Positions 24,601-37,169 of a stretch of DNA of 64,000 nucleotides are shown here, in pieces; the stretch's first letter is position 1, and the number at the start of each line of letters is the position of its first letter. The position numbers and the translations under genes were made by a program. The notes beneath the pieces were generated by a model. That model had not been told where the DNA came from and did not search any database. It saw nothing but the letters and a program-made list of their open reading frames with translations. The stretch is from NCBI GenBank assembly GCA_002269645.1, contig NIVC01002207.1:46402-110401 (forward strand), read 5' to 3'. Origin of the DNA: Macrostomum lignano (lineage: Eukaryota).

Positions 24601-27475
24601 CACCTAAAAAATCGCCCCCAAATCACCTAGAGAAATTGCCCCCAGATCACCTAAGAAATCGCCCTCAGATCACCTAAAAAATCGCCCCCAAATCACCTAA
24701 AAAATCGCCCCCAAATCACCTAAAAAATCGCCCCCCAAGCCAACCCATCGGTCGCCCTTAAACTACCCTCAAAATCTAGCATCGTAAAACTGCCAGCTTC
24801 CATAAGGAGATAAATCGGCTCAATTGCTTTATCCCCACCACTCCCGAATCTGCAGATCGGAGTTTTACCGAACCTACCGCGATCAAGAGTCCAAGCGCGG
24901 CCTCGACCAGGAAGAGATCATCGAGAAGCCGCAGCGCACCGAGGTGCAGGGCATGCGCCAGGCCATCTACGACAAGCTGGACGATGACGGTCTCATTGCG
25001 CCGGGAGTTCGCGTCTCCGGTGATGACGTGCTCATTGGGAAGACAATCACTCTGCCTGAGAATGAGGACGAGGTGAGCGGACCTCTTGATGACCTGGGCA
25101 GTGGGCAATGGGATGGGAAAAAAGTCCAAGGGTGAGATGGGGAAGAGGCTGAGAATGGATGGAAAAGAGTCTGAGAGTGAGCTGGGGAATAGATGGGGAA
25201 GAGTCTGAGAGAGATGGGGAAGAGTCTGAGACTGAGATGGGTAAGAGTCTGAGAGTGAGATGGGGAAGAGTCTGAGAGTGAGATAGGGAAGAGTCTGAGA
25301 GTGAGATGGGGAAGAGTCTGAGACTGAGATAGGGAAGAGTCTGAGAGAGATGGGGAAGAGTCTGAGACTGAGATGGGGAAGAGTCTGAAAGTGAGATGGG
25401 GAAGAGTCTGGGAGTGAGATGGGGAAGAGTCTGAGAGTGAGATGGGGAAGAATCTGAGAGTGAAATTGGAAAGAGTCTGAGAGTGAAATTGGAAAGTCTG
25501 AGAGTGAGCTGGGGAATAGGTGGGGAAAGGTCGAAGAGTGAGATGGGGAAAGTCTGAGAGTGAGCTGAGGAATAGGTGGGGAAGAGTCGAAGAGTGAGAT
25601 GGGGAAGAGTCTGAGAGTGAGCTAGGGAATAGGTGGGGAAGAGTCGAAGAGTGAGATGGGGAAGAGTCGAAGAGTGAGATGGGGAAGAGTCTGAGAGTGA
25701 GCTGAGGAATAGGTGGGGAAGAGTCGAAGAGTGAGATGAGGAAGAGTCTGAGAGTGAGCTGAGGAATAGGTGGGGAAGAGTCGAAGAGTGAGATGGGGTC
25801 AGGAAGTCTGTGAGCTGAGACAATCCCAGCCAACCCGGTGAATCCCGCAGCTCGAGGGCACGCAGAGCCGCTACACGAAGCGAGACGCCTCGGTGTTCAT
25901 GCGCCGCTCCGAGTACGGCATCGTTGACCAGGTGATGCTGACGGTTAACAACGAGGGCTACAAATTCTGCAAGGTGCGAATTCGCACTACAAAGATACCG
26001 CAGATTGGCGACAAATTCGCTAGCCGTCACGGCCAGAAAGGCACCTGCGGCATTCGACTGCAGCAGCAGGACATGCCGTTCACCTGCGAAGGCATCACCC
26101 CGGATATAATCATTAATCCGCACGCTATCCCGTCGCGTATGACAGTCGGCCATCTGATCGAGTGCCTGCAGGGCAAGGTGTCCGCTAATAAAGGCGAAAT
26201 TGGTGACGCTACGCCGTTCAATGACACGGTGAACGTGCGCCGCATCTCCAAGATGCTGAAAGAGTACGGCTACCAGCAGACTGGCAATGAGATTCTGTAT
26301 AACGGCTTCACCGGTCGGAAGCTCAACGCACAGGTTTTTATCGGGCCAACCTATTATCAGCGATTGAAGCACATGGTTGACGACAAGATTCACTCCCGGG
26401 CTAGAGGCCCCGTGCAGATTCTTAATAGGCAGCCTATGGAGGGCCGGTCCAGGTGAGTTACTCAACTCTGTTGTCAGCTTAAAAATTATCTGACAATACA
26501 CTTGTAGCTTTAAGCCACACTTTGGTCGCTTTGAGTACAAAATGCTTATCACCTGCCCAAAATCACCATTACACCCAAGAATTACCCCATAAGCCCCAAA
26601 TCATCACAAGAATTCAAAACAACATCAAAATCGCCCTTCAAAACAACAAAAAGAATCACCTAAGCCACCCCAAGAATCGCACCGAAAACAGCCCCAAAAT
26701 CGCCCCAAACTAACCAAAGAATCGCCCCAAAAAATCGCACTTAAACTAACCAAAGAATCGCCCCTAAACTAACTAAGAATCGCCCCCAAACTAACCAAAG
26801 AATCGCCCCCAAACTAACCAAAAAATCGCCCCCAAACTAACCAAAGAATCGCCCCCAAACTAACCAAAAAATCGCCCCCAAACTAACCAAAAAATCGCCC
26901 CCAAACTAACCAAAGAATCGCCCCCAAACTAACCAAAGAATCGCCCCCAAACTAACCAAAAAATCGCCCCCAAACTAACCAAAGAATCGCCCCCAAACTA
27001 ACCAAAAAATCGCCCCCCCTAACCACCCCAAAAATCACCCTTCAAAACAACAACAAGAATCGCCCCCAAACCAACTCACGAATTGCATTAAAAGATCGCG
27101 CAGTTTCCGTATGTTTTCTTTTTAGTCCAGCTCCCACTGAGAGCATGGGCAGCATTCAGCAAGTAAATTCCCCCTCCTTCGCGCAGAGACGGCGGCCTCC
27201 GTTTCGGCGAGATGGAGCGCGACTGCCAAATTGCGCACGGTGCGGCGCAGTTCCTGCGCGAGCGCCTGTTCCAGGTGTCCGACCCCTACCGGGTGCACGT
27301 GTGCAACCTGTGCGGCCTAATCTGCATAGCCAATTTGCGCAATAAAACCTACGAATGCCGCGGCTGTCACAACAAGACGCAAATTAGCCAGGTGACAATT
27401 CCGTACGCCTGCAAGCTGCTGTTCCAGGAGCTCATGAGTATGAGCATCGCGCCAAGGCTTATGACCACAACCTGA
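18689..27475 (+). CDS. POLR2B: DNA-directed RNA polymerase II second-largest subunit RPB2. Exons 18689-18933, 19683-20527, 22229-22825, 23347-24087, 24856-25072, 25851-26452, 27187-27475 (plus 7837-7840); 1179 aa
   Basis: Hallmark motifs [59 protein letters not shown] and a C-terminal zinc ribbon; all GT-AG junction phases are consistent; total 3540 nt. Confidence 0.99.
19262..19612. repeat. 16-bp minisatellite (GTGTCGGAGATATGAT), RPB2 intron 2
   Basis: Period 16, ~22 copies. Confidence 0.95.
20605..22160. repeat. 34-38-bp minisatellite (GAATCTTACTGGGTCAGCATCCCCTATGACTCAA), RPB2 intron 3
   Basis: About 40 copies, with higher-order blocks of variant units. Confidence 0.95.
22884..23235. repeat. 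18-bp minisatellite (GAGAGTAGCGGGACTCCT), RPB2 intron 4
   Basis: Period 18, ~19 copies. Confidence 0.95.
24180..24740. repeat. 23-bp minisatellite (AAATCACCTAAAAAATCGCCCCC), RPB2 intron 5
   Basis: ~18 regular copies plus a degenerate 5' flank. Confidence 0.93.
25130..25800. repeat. Purine-rich 23-bp minisatellite (GAGATGGGGAAGAGTCTGAGAGT) with longer variants, RPB2 intron 6
   Basis: Direct reading. Confidence 0.93.
26700..27080. repeat. 23-bp minisatellite (AAACTAACCAAAGAATCGCCCCC), RPB2 intron 7
   Basis: ~14 copies; shares its core with the intron 5 array. Confidence 0.93.
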
Positions 27476-28879
27476 CCTGCTCGTGCTTGCTTGCGACCAA
27501 CTTGACTCACTGATCTTGTTGAGACTGTTTTTTCGATTTTTTGTTCGCCATTGTGGGAACATTTGTTTCGTGGGTATACAAAGGTTTTTACACCCGATTA
27601 GTTTCACTAATTAGCTGACGATCCATTGGCCTACTAAAAAGCAGTCATATTTACTCCTGCTGTTTACCTGAATATAGGAGTAACACCAGGGGAACAATTG
27701 AATTGAAGGTTAGAAAAGAAATCTATTAGACGTTGCTAAACACTCCTGCATCGAAATACCGTCTCCCATATACCGTTAAACTGTCATGTGAAAAATCTTT
27801 AATAAAAAATACTGCATTTTGCGTCTCATACGATTAATTAATTCTGTTCGGTGTGTTCTACTTTGCAAATTATTACAATTTTGCTAATTAAAACTCTTGT
27901 CTCTCCGGCTGAGTTGCTCTATGATCCTGTTTAATAAATGTGCTCATTATTACACTACTTACTAAACTACTGGCAAGTAGTATCGTATGAAGTAGTAAAT
28001 AAAACTACACAGTCCTCGTTTTACTTAACAGTTTTTTGTTGATATTTTGCGGGCCAGTTCGAGCTGCCACTTTTTAATTCAAATTTGGGCTTCGCGAAAT
28101 TTTACAGCTTGTGAGTCAAAAGCTTGAAAAAGTACGTTTACGACTGTACGTACATGCACTATTTCAGCGATTAAAGCACGAGTCACTGCCAGCCAATCAG
28201 ATTGATAGCTACAAGCTATAGGGGTATAAAAGGCGCGGCCTGCTGCTGCTATTTTAAGATTTATTATTTTTTTGAATTAAAAGTATAAAAAAATTCTTAG
28301 AAACGAATTAAATAAAACTACTGACAAAAATGTTTGGAGAGCCAATGCGAAATGGAAAGCGTCAGATTGAAGCCTTGTACATTTTATGTACTTTGTTATT
28401 AAAGTGCAGTGGAATATTTAAACGAGAGCTAAGATATTAAGTATAAGTCTAATGAAATAAATCATAACAAGGCAGTATTGACACCAGGTGCGGTAAATAG
28501 ATAAGGTTGTTTACAACACCGAGTTTTGTACAAACAAAAAATTCCGATTATTTACCCAATTATGAGCAGTCCGACGGTGTCATAATAAAGGGCTTGATGA
28601 GATCATTCGGTGATTAAGACAACTTCTACAGGGAAGAACAGTAAATTAGTTATAACGACACAAAGATCTTTAGTAAGATGTTCAATTAAAAGTATTCAAT
28701 ATTCCTTTTTTTATATAAAGACAGGCCACGAGTATAAGCTCGTAGTGTACATGCATGTACTGTATGTATAGACATGCGGTTTCGTTTGGGTTATCATAAC
28801 GCCTAAGTTGTATCACAGAATGGGTTTCTTAAGCTAGAACTCCTTAGAACGCCGGCACTTTAGATGGGAATCGGGCGTA

Positions 28880-29110
28880 CAAATTTCATCAGCTGGTAGG
28901 TTGCTATTTTTAGAAGCCATTTTTCCGATCCATTCAACCCCCCGAGACTGGCGAGCCAATAAATTTCATTGGCTGACGGTACGACTGGTTGCTATTTTTA
29001 GAAACGCTATTTCTCAGCTCCATTCTACCCCGAGACTGGCGAGCCAATAAATTTCATTGGCTGACGGTATGACTGGTTGCTATTTTTAGAAACCAGTTCT
29101 TATTTCCATT
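28880..29110. repeat. ~88-bp tandem duplication (~2.5 copies) with an internal AGCCAAT...ATTGGCT palindrome
   Basis: GAGACTGGCGAGCCAATAAATTTCATTGGCTGACGGT at ~28944 and ~29032. Confidence 0.8.
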
Positions 29111-29226
29111 CACCCCAGTAGGGACTAATCTTGGCTAATAAAACCGGTTAGGCTTAAATCTCTACGACTTTTCGAGGGCAACGCGTCCTTGTAGTCCTTG
29201 GTATATGCTCATAACAATTCCTTTCA

Positions 29227-32076
29227 TCACTTGGTGGCATTCATCAGCAGTGCGGCCGGTTGGCCCACGATGCTGTCCCAGAAGCCCGGCTCGAACATGG
29301 CCTGGCCGGCTGGCGACACTTCCGGTTTCTCCAGCCGCAGTTTCGAGGCCTCAAAGCCCGCATCCAGCAGCGCAGTCCGATAGGTTTCCCTGTGGTACCA
29401 GCGTAGCGGAATCCGCGTCTCCGTCGGGCTGGTGAACAGCACCAGGTTTATCTCGCTGCCGTCCACCGGATTGGCTGGCACCTCGTAGATTCCATTTACC
29501 TGCGATTTTTGCAGAGTGCGAAATTTTGCTTGTAAACATCGCGTCTGCCTTCTTTCAGCTTTACTCTCCCCCATCCTCGCCTTCCCTCATCATCGCCCTC
29601 CCTCATCCTCGCCTTCCCTCATCCTCGCCCTCCCTCATCCTCGCCCTCCCTCATCATCGCACTGCCCCTCACCTGGCGGCCAACCATCTCGCGGCTGAAA
29701 TCAACGCCCTGAAAGCAGTTTGGCAGGAAGCCGACAAGCCGGCCACCCGGCCTGAGCGCAGCGTAGATGTTGGCGCAGGTGCGGCGCAGCAGATCGACGT
29801 TGGCGTTGAATGGCAGCAGGAAGTTGGCCACGATCAGGTCGAATCTGTTCCTGCGGATTTGGTGGAAACGGTTTAGAACTGAAAACCAGACTGCCAGCTG
29901 TCATCAGTGAGAAAATCAAAATACTGAACCCTACCCTTTGCACTGCTGCCCCCTCATCCACAGAAGTTGCAGAAGTCTGCAGACTCCATCTTTACAGACT
30001 ACTCAAATTTGACAATCAATAGAAATCTTGAAATCCCAAGAGTCCCAATAATTATAAAATTATTGATACTTGAATTGAGATAAAGATAACAGACAAATGC
30101 GGAACTTAACTTGAAGGGCGTTCAGCTTGGGAAAAACAGGGTGCCAAATGGGCATCCGGGTTCCAAATTCAGGATGCAAAAAATTAAGTTGATGTGCCAT
30201 GACGCACGCTGTGACAAAAACCCAAGCTGGAAATCTGCAGGGATCTAGTTTTAATTTGATTTCAATTGGGTTGAAAATTCACCCTTACACGTATTAGCTA
30301 CTCCATTAGCCATCTTAGCTACTCCATTAGCCATCTTAGCTACTCCATTAGCCATCTTAGCTACCCCATTAGCCACCTTAGCTACTCCATTAGCCATCTT
30401 AGCTACCCCATTAGCCACCTTAGCTACCCTATTAGCCATCTTAGCTACCCCATTAGCCATCTTAGCCACTAGCTATCTTAGCTACCCAAGAAGCCATCTT
30501 AGCCATTAGCCATCTTAGCTACCCCATTAGCCACCTTAGCTACCCTATTAGCCATCTTAGCTACCCCATTAGCCATCTTAGCCACTAGCTATCTTAGCTA
30601 CCCAAGAAGCCATCTTAGCCATTAGCCATCTTAGCTACCCCATTAGCCACCTTAGCTACCCCATTAGCCACCTTAGCTACCCCATTAGCCACCTTAGCTA
30701 CCCCATTAGCCACCTTAGCTACCCCATTAGCCACCTTAGCTACCCCATTAGCCATCTTAGCTACCCCATTAGCCACCCTAGCTACCCAATTAGCCATCTT
30801 AGCTACCCCATTAGCCATCTTAGTTAATGACGGAATGTACGGCCATAAAATAAATTCCAGCATACAAACTAAATGAGAAAATTTTCACAACTGCAAATTA
30901 TGCTACTAACAGTAACGCAGCCGGAGCCCCGATCATATTTCTATGCAAGCAGTGTTGAGCATTGAGGGACCCACTAGCTATTCAGGAATTATTAACGAAT
31001 AAAACGCACACAGTATGTGAGTACTTAACCTGCATTAGCCACTCTTTCTCATTAAAAGTACTCAGTTGCCTGGCCAGCTTCTCTGTCTAACCGCCTAATA
31101 AATTACAGATAAATAAGGGGTGCAATAGAGGCGAAATTTAGAGTTCACCGCAGGCCACAATAGCCAGCAGGCAGTCACATGCTCAGGTGTGTTTATGTTG
31201 ACAGAAAACCTGCATTCATAGTTTTTTTCCGGCTTTGTTTGTACGCAAGCGTTTTTTCCGCGAAACCATTGAGTCGCCTTACTGTTTTTGCTTGGTCTCG
31301 AAAACAAATGCGTCGAAATCCGATATTTTATTGATATGACTGAATGAACCATTTCTCAAGGGAAGCTCACACCCGGCATGACAGACAGAATCTAGAATAT
31401 CCCATATCAGAATCTAGAATATCCCCATATCAGAATCTAGAATATCCCCATGTCAGAATCTAGAATATCCCCATGTCAGAATCTAGAATATCCCCATGTC
31501 AGAATCTAGAATATCCCCATGTCAGAATCTAGAATTTCCCATATCAGAATCTAGAATATTCCCATGTCAGAATCTAGAATATCCCATGTCAGAATCTAGA
31601 ATATCCCCATTTCAGAATCTAGAATATCCCATATCAGAATCTAGAATATCCCCATGTCAGAATCTAGAATATCCAATGTCAGAATCTAGAAAATCTCTGT
31701 CAGAGGAGACTCGTCTTTCAACACTGTCCCAGCACAATGGCACTGCAAGGATGCCTCACCTGTCGGGCAGTTCAGCGCAGTCCTCCACCCTGTACTCCAC
31801 CAGGCTGCTACCATTGTTGTAGACCTTGGCCAGGCTGATGGCATCGCCGGAGGCGTCGGTGGCTACGATGGCCGCCGGCGCCAGCTCGGCCAGCTTGCGC
31901 GTGTAGCAGCCCCAGCCGCAGCCGAGGTCCAGCACCTGGCAGCCAGCTAGGGAGTTGCCGATACTTTTCAACAGGCTGTACTCCTCGCAGTGGATGGCGA
32001 ACGGCGACGAGCGCTTGAAGGCCTGGTAGCGCTCGATGGCGAGCTGGGCAAAGTCTAACGGCGAGTTGTCGGTCAT
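29227..32076 (-). CDS. Class I SAM-dependent methyltransferase, ToxA (toxoflavin N-methyltransferase)-like. Exons 32076-31760, 29850-29673, 29499-29227; 255 aa
   Basis: Motif I VLDLGCGWG, post-I VATDAS, EYRVEDC, FDLIVANFLL, LRPGGRLVG; junctions AG|gtgag..cag|G (phase 2) and CAG|gtgag..cag|GTA (phase 0); 768 nt, open throughout. Confidence 0.92.
29570..29660. repeat. Short CATCCTCGCCCTCCCT tandem repeat in methyltransferase intron 2
   Basis: Direct reading, ~5-6 copies. Confidence 0.85.
30295..30822. repeat. 21-bp minisatellite (AGCTACCCCATTAGCCATCTT), methyltransferase intron 1
   Basis: ~25 copies; gives the spurious (KMANGVA)n ORFs. Confidence 0.95.
31387..31690. repeat. 23-bp minisatellite (CAGAATCTAGAATATCCCCATGT), methyltransferase intron 1
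   Basis: ~13 copies. Confidence 0.95.
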
Positions 32077-32287
32077 CTGGCACCGAGCTAGCAGCAGCTT
32101 TAGAACTGGAGCGACTGGTTCGCGCAACAGGCGACTACCGGAGCGACTTAGGCAGTGCATGAGCACCCAACCCTGGCCTGGCCCGTGGGATACTTATAAG
32201 CTAGGGGTTGCGGGTGGGGGGGGCGGGCGGGTCGGGGGGGGGGAGGATTCCTCAGGCTGTTTACCTATTTGATCGCAGCTCTAGAGA

Positions 32288-32341
32288 TCACGTGACCTTT
32301 GGTCTTTTGAACAAAAAACATTGAGTTGGGGCCTCACGTGA
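32288..32341. promoter_or_regulatory. Pair of extended E-boxes (TCACGTGA) upstream of the methyltransferase
   Basis: TCACGTGA at 32288-32295 and 32334-32341, 210-265 bp upstream of the ATG; function is inferred only. Confidence 0.35.
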
Positions 32342-33215
32342 CTGGCTGATATCGAATCCGGAGGGCGGGACGCGTTTCTGCTTGCTTCAAAATCAAAGAT
32401 GCCGCGATAGCGAGAGAGAGAGGGGGGAAGGAGGGGGTGGGTGGCCATTTATGCAGCGTCCAACCAGCGCGGGCCACAGTATTTTGCTTTGGTTTCATTT
32501 TTCCATTTTCATGAAAAAAGTTTGTTAAAACCGGTCGCAAAATTTGACTAATTGGTAATATTAAATAATATCATTTGAGACGGGGCGCTTGTGTTAAGGT
32601 TGCCGATAAATCCGTTTGCACCGAGTTAACTTTGGAGTTGGGGGTCAGGCGGTAGCGGCGGTGATGAGCCGGCCTAGGTTCAATTACCTCGTAATTCAGC
32701 CCTAATTATTTGTGGGGGGGGGTTGAGGCGGCTGGGTCGCAGGGTGCAGGCACTTTTGGTTGGACGCACACCCACCCTCTTTCAAGCTGCGCGGCTGGAA
32801 TTGCACTTGAATTGTCGCGTTTTATCATTAACAACAATTAACTGTGGCTGGCGATTATGTATGCTCGCATGTATACACATCTATAATATACTGAATTATT
32901 GTGTAGCATATAACATGAACATTTAGTTACTGTGGTCCGTCCGTAGTCTAAGCGAATGTCAGCGGAAGAATCTTTCTTAGAAAATCTCGGCGAAACACGA
33001 AAGCGTATTTCAATAATCGGAAAAATCACTTCAAAATTGCTTGATTTCCTTTCTCTAAAGAAGAATGGTAAACTAATGATGTACTTCAGTAGCATATAAC
33101 TTTAGTTTATATAAACTCGATTCCCACAATGATGCTCTGCATCATTCCACAAACATCGGTGTACTACATGTGCATGTATAACACCCTTAAAATATATGTC
33201 CCGAAGATGTTGTCC

Positions 33216-33290
33216 CGCACATCTATCTGATGTCTATCTATCTATCTATCTATCTGATGTCTATCTATCTATCGATCTATCGATCTATCG

Positions 33291-33330
<40 letters not shown>

Positions 33331-33455
33331 GATGTCTATCTATCTATCGATCTATCGATCTATCGATCTATCTATCTATCTATCTATCTGATGTCTATCT
33401 ATCTATCGATCTATCGATCTATCGATCTATCTATCTATCTACCTATCTATCTGTG

Positions 33456-33499
<44 letters not shown>

Positions 33500-33519
33500 G
33501 ATCTATCTATCTGTCTATC

Positions 33520-33584
<65 letters not shown>

Positions 33585-33650
33585 GATGTCTATCTATCTA
33601 TCGATCTATCGATCTATCGATCTATCTATCTATCTACCTATCTATCTGTG

Positions 33651-33698
<48 letters not shown>

Positions 33699-33728
33699 GA
33701 TCTATCTATCTGTCTATCTATCTGTCTG

Positions 33729-33766
<38 letters not shown>

Positions 33767-33803
33767 CATCTATCTGTCTATCTATCTATCTATCTATCTG
33801 ATG

Positions 33804-33885
<82 letters not shown>

Positions 33886-33907
33886 CATCTATCGATCTAT
33901 ATATCTA

Positions 33908-33990
<83 letters not shown>

Positions 33991-33993
33991 GTG

Positions 33994-34030
<37 letters not shown>

Positions 34031-34080
34031 GGTTATCTATCTGTCATCTGTCTATCTATCATCTATCCATCTACATCTAC
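33216..34080. repeat. (TATC)n microsatellite, ~860 bp
   Basis: Direct reading; source of the LSIY ORFs. Confidence 0.98.
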
Positions 34081-34644
34081 ATGGCTCAATCACAGAAAAT
34101 GTCGGTGGCTATTGACTAGATTAAAAAGTTCTGTGCGCTACTAAAAGCCAATGTGTAAATGTCTCAGCTTCTTGAGAAGTGCTTCAAATGCGCAAACTAA
34201 TACAGATTCTACAGAATAGTTTGAAAGCTTTTTTCCGCTTTTTTCTCTCGTTCTCAAACTCTATTGAGCAGTCAATTGTTCTGCTATTCTCCTCTACTCA
34301 CTGGCGCTGCTCTAACTGGCCTGGGACGGCTTAAAGCAGAGATGCATGCGTCATCACGCAGTCTAATTTAGCAGATGCATGGCGACAGCAGGAGTGAAGT
34401 TCACAGAGGCAGAGGTAAAATAGAGATAGGGCTAATCTAGGTTGGTTGGTAACTTAAATGCATTTATAGGTGACTTGCTGTGTCAATGGAGCAAAGTACA
34501 TGTAAGTATAAAATGCAAAGATGCAACCCATGCAAAATGTCGGCAGCCCACTGAGTAATGTACGAGTATGTGCGAACATATTCACAATATTTACAAATGA
34601 AGTTCCTTAATAACTACGGAATCAATGGTTGAAGGCGTAATAAT

Positions 34645-35145
34645 ATCTACACAAGTATCAAATGTCTATAGATGAAGGTGGCTAATATCTACAGAAGGAT
34701 CAAATGTGTATAGATGAAGGTGCCTCAAATCTACAGAAGGATCAAATGTCTATAGATGAAGGTGGCTAATATCTACAGAAGGATCAAATGTCTATAGATG
34801 AAGGTGGCTAATATCTACAGAAGGATCAAATGTCTATAGATGAAGGTGGCTAATATCTACAGAAGGATCAAATGTGTATAGATGAAGGTGCCTCAAATCT
34901 ACAGAAGGATCAAATGTCTATAGATGAAGGTGGCTAATATCTACAGAAGGATCAAATGTCTATAGATGAAGGTGGCTAATATCTACAGAAGGATCAAATG
35001 TCTATAGATGAAGGTGGCTAATATCTACAGAAGGATCAAATGTCTATAGATGAAGATGCCTCATATCTACAGAAGGAGCGAATGTCTATAGATAAAATTG
35101 GCTCATATCTACTGAAGGACCGAATGCCCCTAGATGAAGGTCCAT
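34645..35145. repeat. 42-bp minisatellite (ATCTACAGAAGGATCAAATGTCTATAGATGAAGGTGGCTAAT), ~12 copies
   Basis: Period 42 (34687, 34729). Confidence 0.95.
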
Positions 35146-37169
35146 AATAACTACGGAATTACACAGAAAAACAGAATCAAATTACAGTAAAATTTGGCAA
35201 AATAAAGAGCAGGCTAACACAACCTTGCATAGCCTCGGTTCGGCTTGCATCACGTGCTTTTAGTTCACAATGACGCGCGCACAACTAAATTAAAAAGGTT
35301 AAATTTTCATGGGGTCGCACTGTGGCCAGCACTGAGCAAACTTACTTTTGCTCTGGATAATTACTCGCTACTAAAGACATATTCTGACGATTATTCGATA
35401 AGAATGGGGAAGGGGTGGGGGTGTGTGCGGCATAAAGTGCCAGGGCCAGAAGCCAGTTTTCCAGACCCCCCCACGCCTCCCCCGCCAGAGCAGCCACCCC
35501 ACTGCACTTCAACTATCCGCTGCGAGCACAGCGAAAGATAAGAAGCGAATTTAAAGAACATGCCTGTACTTGCTAAAAAAACTTGTTAAAAAAGTGCAGA
35601 TCAGAACTCTAAATTCTGGCACAAAAAACTCGTGACTAAATCGATATCAGGCCATAAAGATATGAAGGGAGCGGCGTTGCAGACAGAGATAGAGAGATGT
35701 TTATAAGTGCATGACCGAATAAAAGTTCAAATTGACACAAAACAATAAGTATTGTTCTTTATTGATTAAACAGTAAATTTATAAGCATAAAATGCTTGAT
35801 TGAGGTGTAGCAATCTATAAATATATTTATTTAGCTACCCAAAGAAGCTGTTAACAAAATAAAAACTATGAAGGCAATATTAACCTAAGTAAGTTTTGTT
35901 ATTCGTTAGAAACTAAATGTAAACATCCGACAAGGAAAGCAGATGATCGGAATATACATAGACGAGAGACGTCTATAAAGATATGAGTTTTATATCGTAA
36001 TGGCTATCAAATTTATTGCTAAACAAAAAACATTAAAACATGGCATCAGCATTCAGAGCCGAAAATAAGATCCATTTTAGGCTTGTTTAACTACCTGAGA
36101 ACGCACAGGTGATTTGGCTCAGTAGTCAAGTAAAGGCATTGTAGTCTATGGAGATTGTTCACGAGCAAGACGAATGGCATAGCCAATTGAGGAGACTGCA
36201 AGTTGTACCATAGACAGGAGCATCATTGAATGCTGACTGTTTTGGCCCTTAGCCTCTCACGAACCCTAGCTCTCTCTCTCTCTTTTGTTGTCTATGGCCA
36301 GTTCCTCTCCTACCACTTTTCTCATGCGCAGGCCCTCGTTGCTTCACTGGTCTGACTAGCGAAATAAATCGATAAGCTTATTACCGCTTTATCGATAAAG
36401 ACAATTATCGATAATCGATAATTTTCAAACGTCAAGCTATATTATGAGCATCAATGATCCAAACCGTAGAAGAGCTCTTCAACCTGATTCCACTGCTGGT
36501 AGACGTTAAATCTGCAGAGTCTATAGCGGAGTTGCAACCTCATTATTGGATACTAGTTGGTGCCTTAGTGGATTATCCTACTTAAACAGAGCATTTTCTA
36601 AGCTAAATTCGATCCTAGAAGCAATTTAATCCTTCGTGAGAATCCAAAAAGGGGTCTGTAGAGCAACCAATTTGACAAGTTGCTATAGTTTAAACGCAAT
36701 TCCCTTCCTATCCCAACTGCTAACATTTTCCACAGCCCGAACTACTAACAGTAGCGTAAAAGCATTTCTGCTTTAACAACCTAATTAAACAACAAACAAA
36801 AGACAATGTGGTATTATTGCAGGCTTATTGATTGCAGTCAATGCTAAAGACGTCATTAACTTCACTCAATTTTGGCTATACCATTTGGCACTGGGCCTAA
36901 TTTGGGACACAAGGTTCGAGGCTCTTTACCATTAGACTACCTGTAAAATTAGTCAAAGATAAAAGCAATCGTAGGTTATAAAAATATGAGTACAAAACGA
37001 GACTGCCACCCGTTTTCTCTCATAAAGACGTTTTACACGATCAAACTGAACCCGGTGCAGAAGCTAATAAACGCAAACATTAACAAAAACGAAATGCAAT
37101 CAAATAAATGTACGAAGTCGATTCAGTCTCCTAGTGAGAGTGGACTAGCAATCCATTCCCCTATATCTC

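Noticed and set aside
24967-26552. 288-aa and 501-aa minus-strand ORFs
   Set aside because: They are the antisense shadow of RPB2 exons plus the intron 6 minisatellite.
36880-36950. tRNA/SINE-like A-box (minus strand TAGTCTAATGGTAAAG)
   Set aside because: There is no B-box or cloverleaf.
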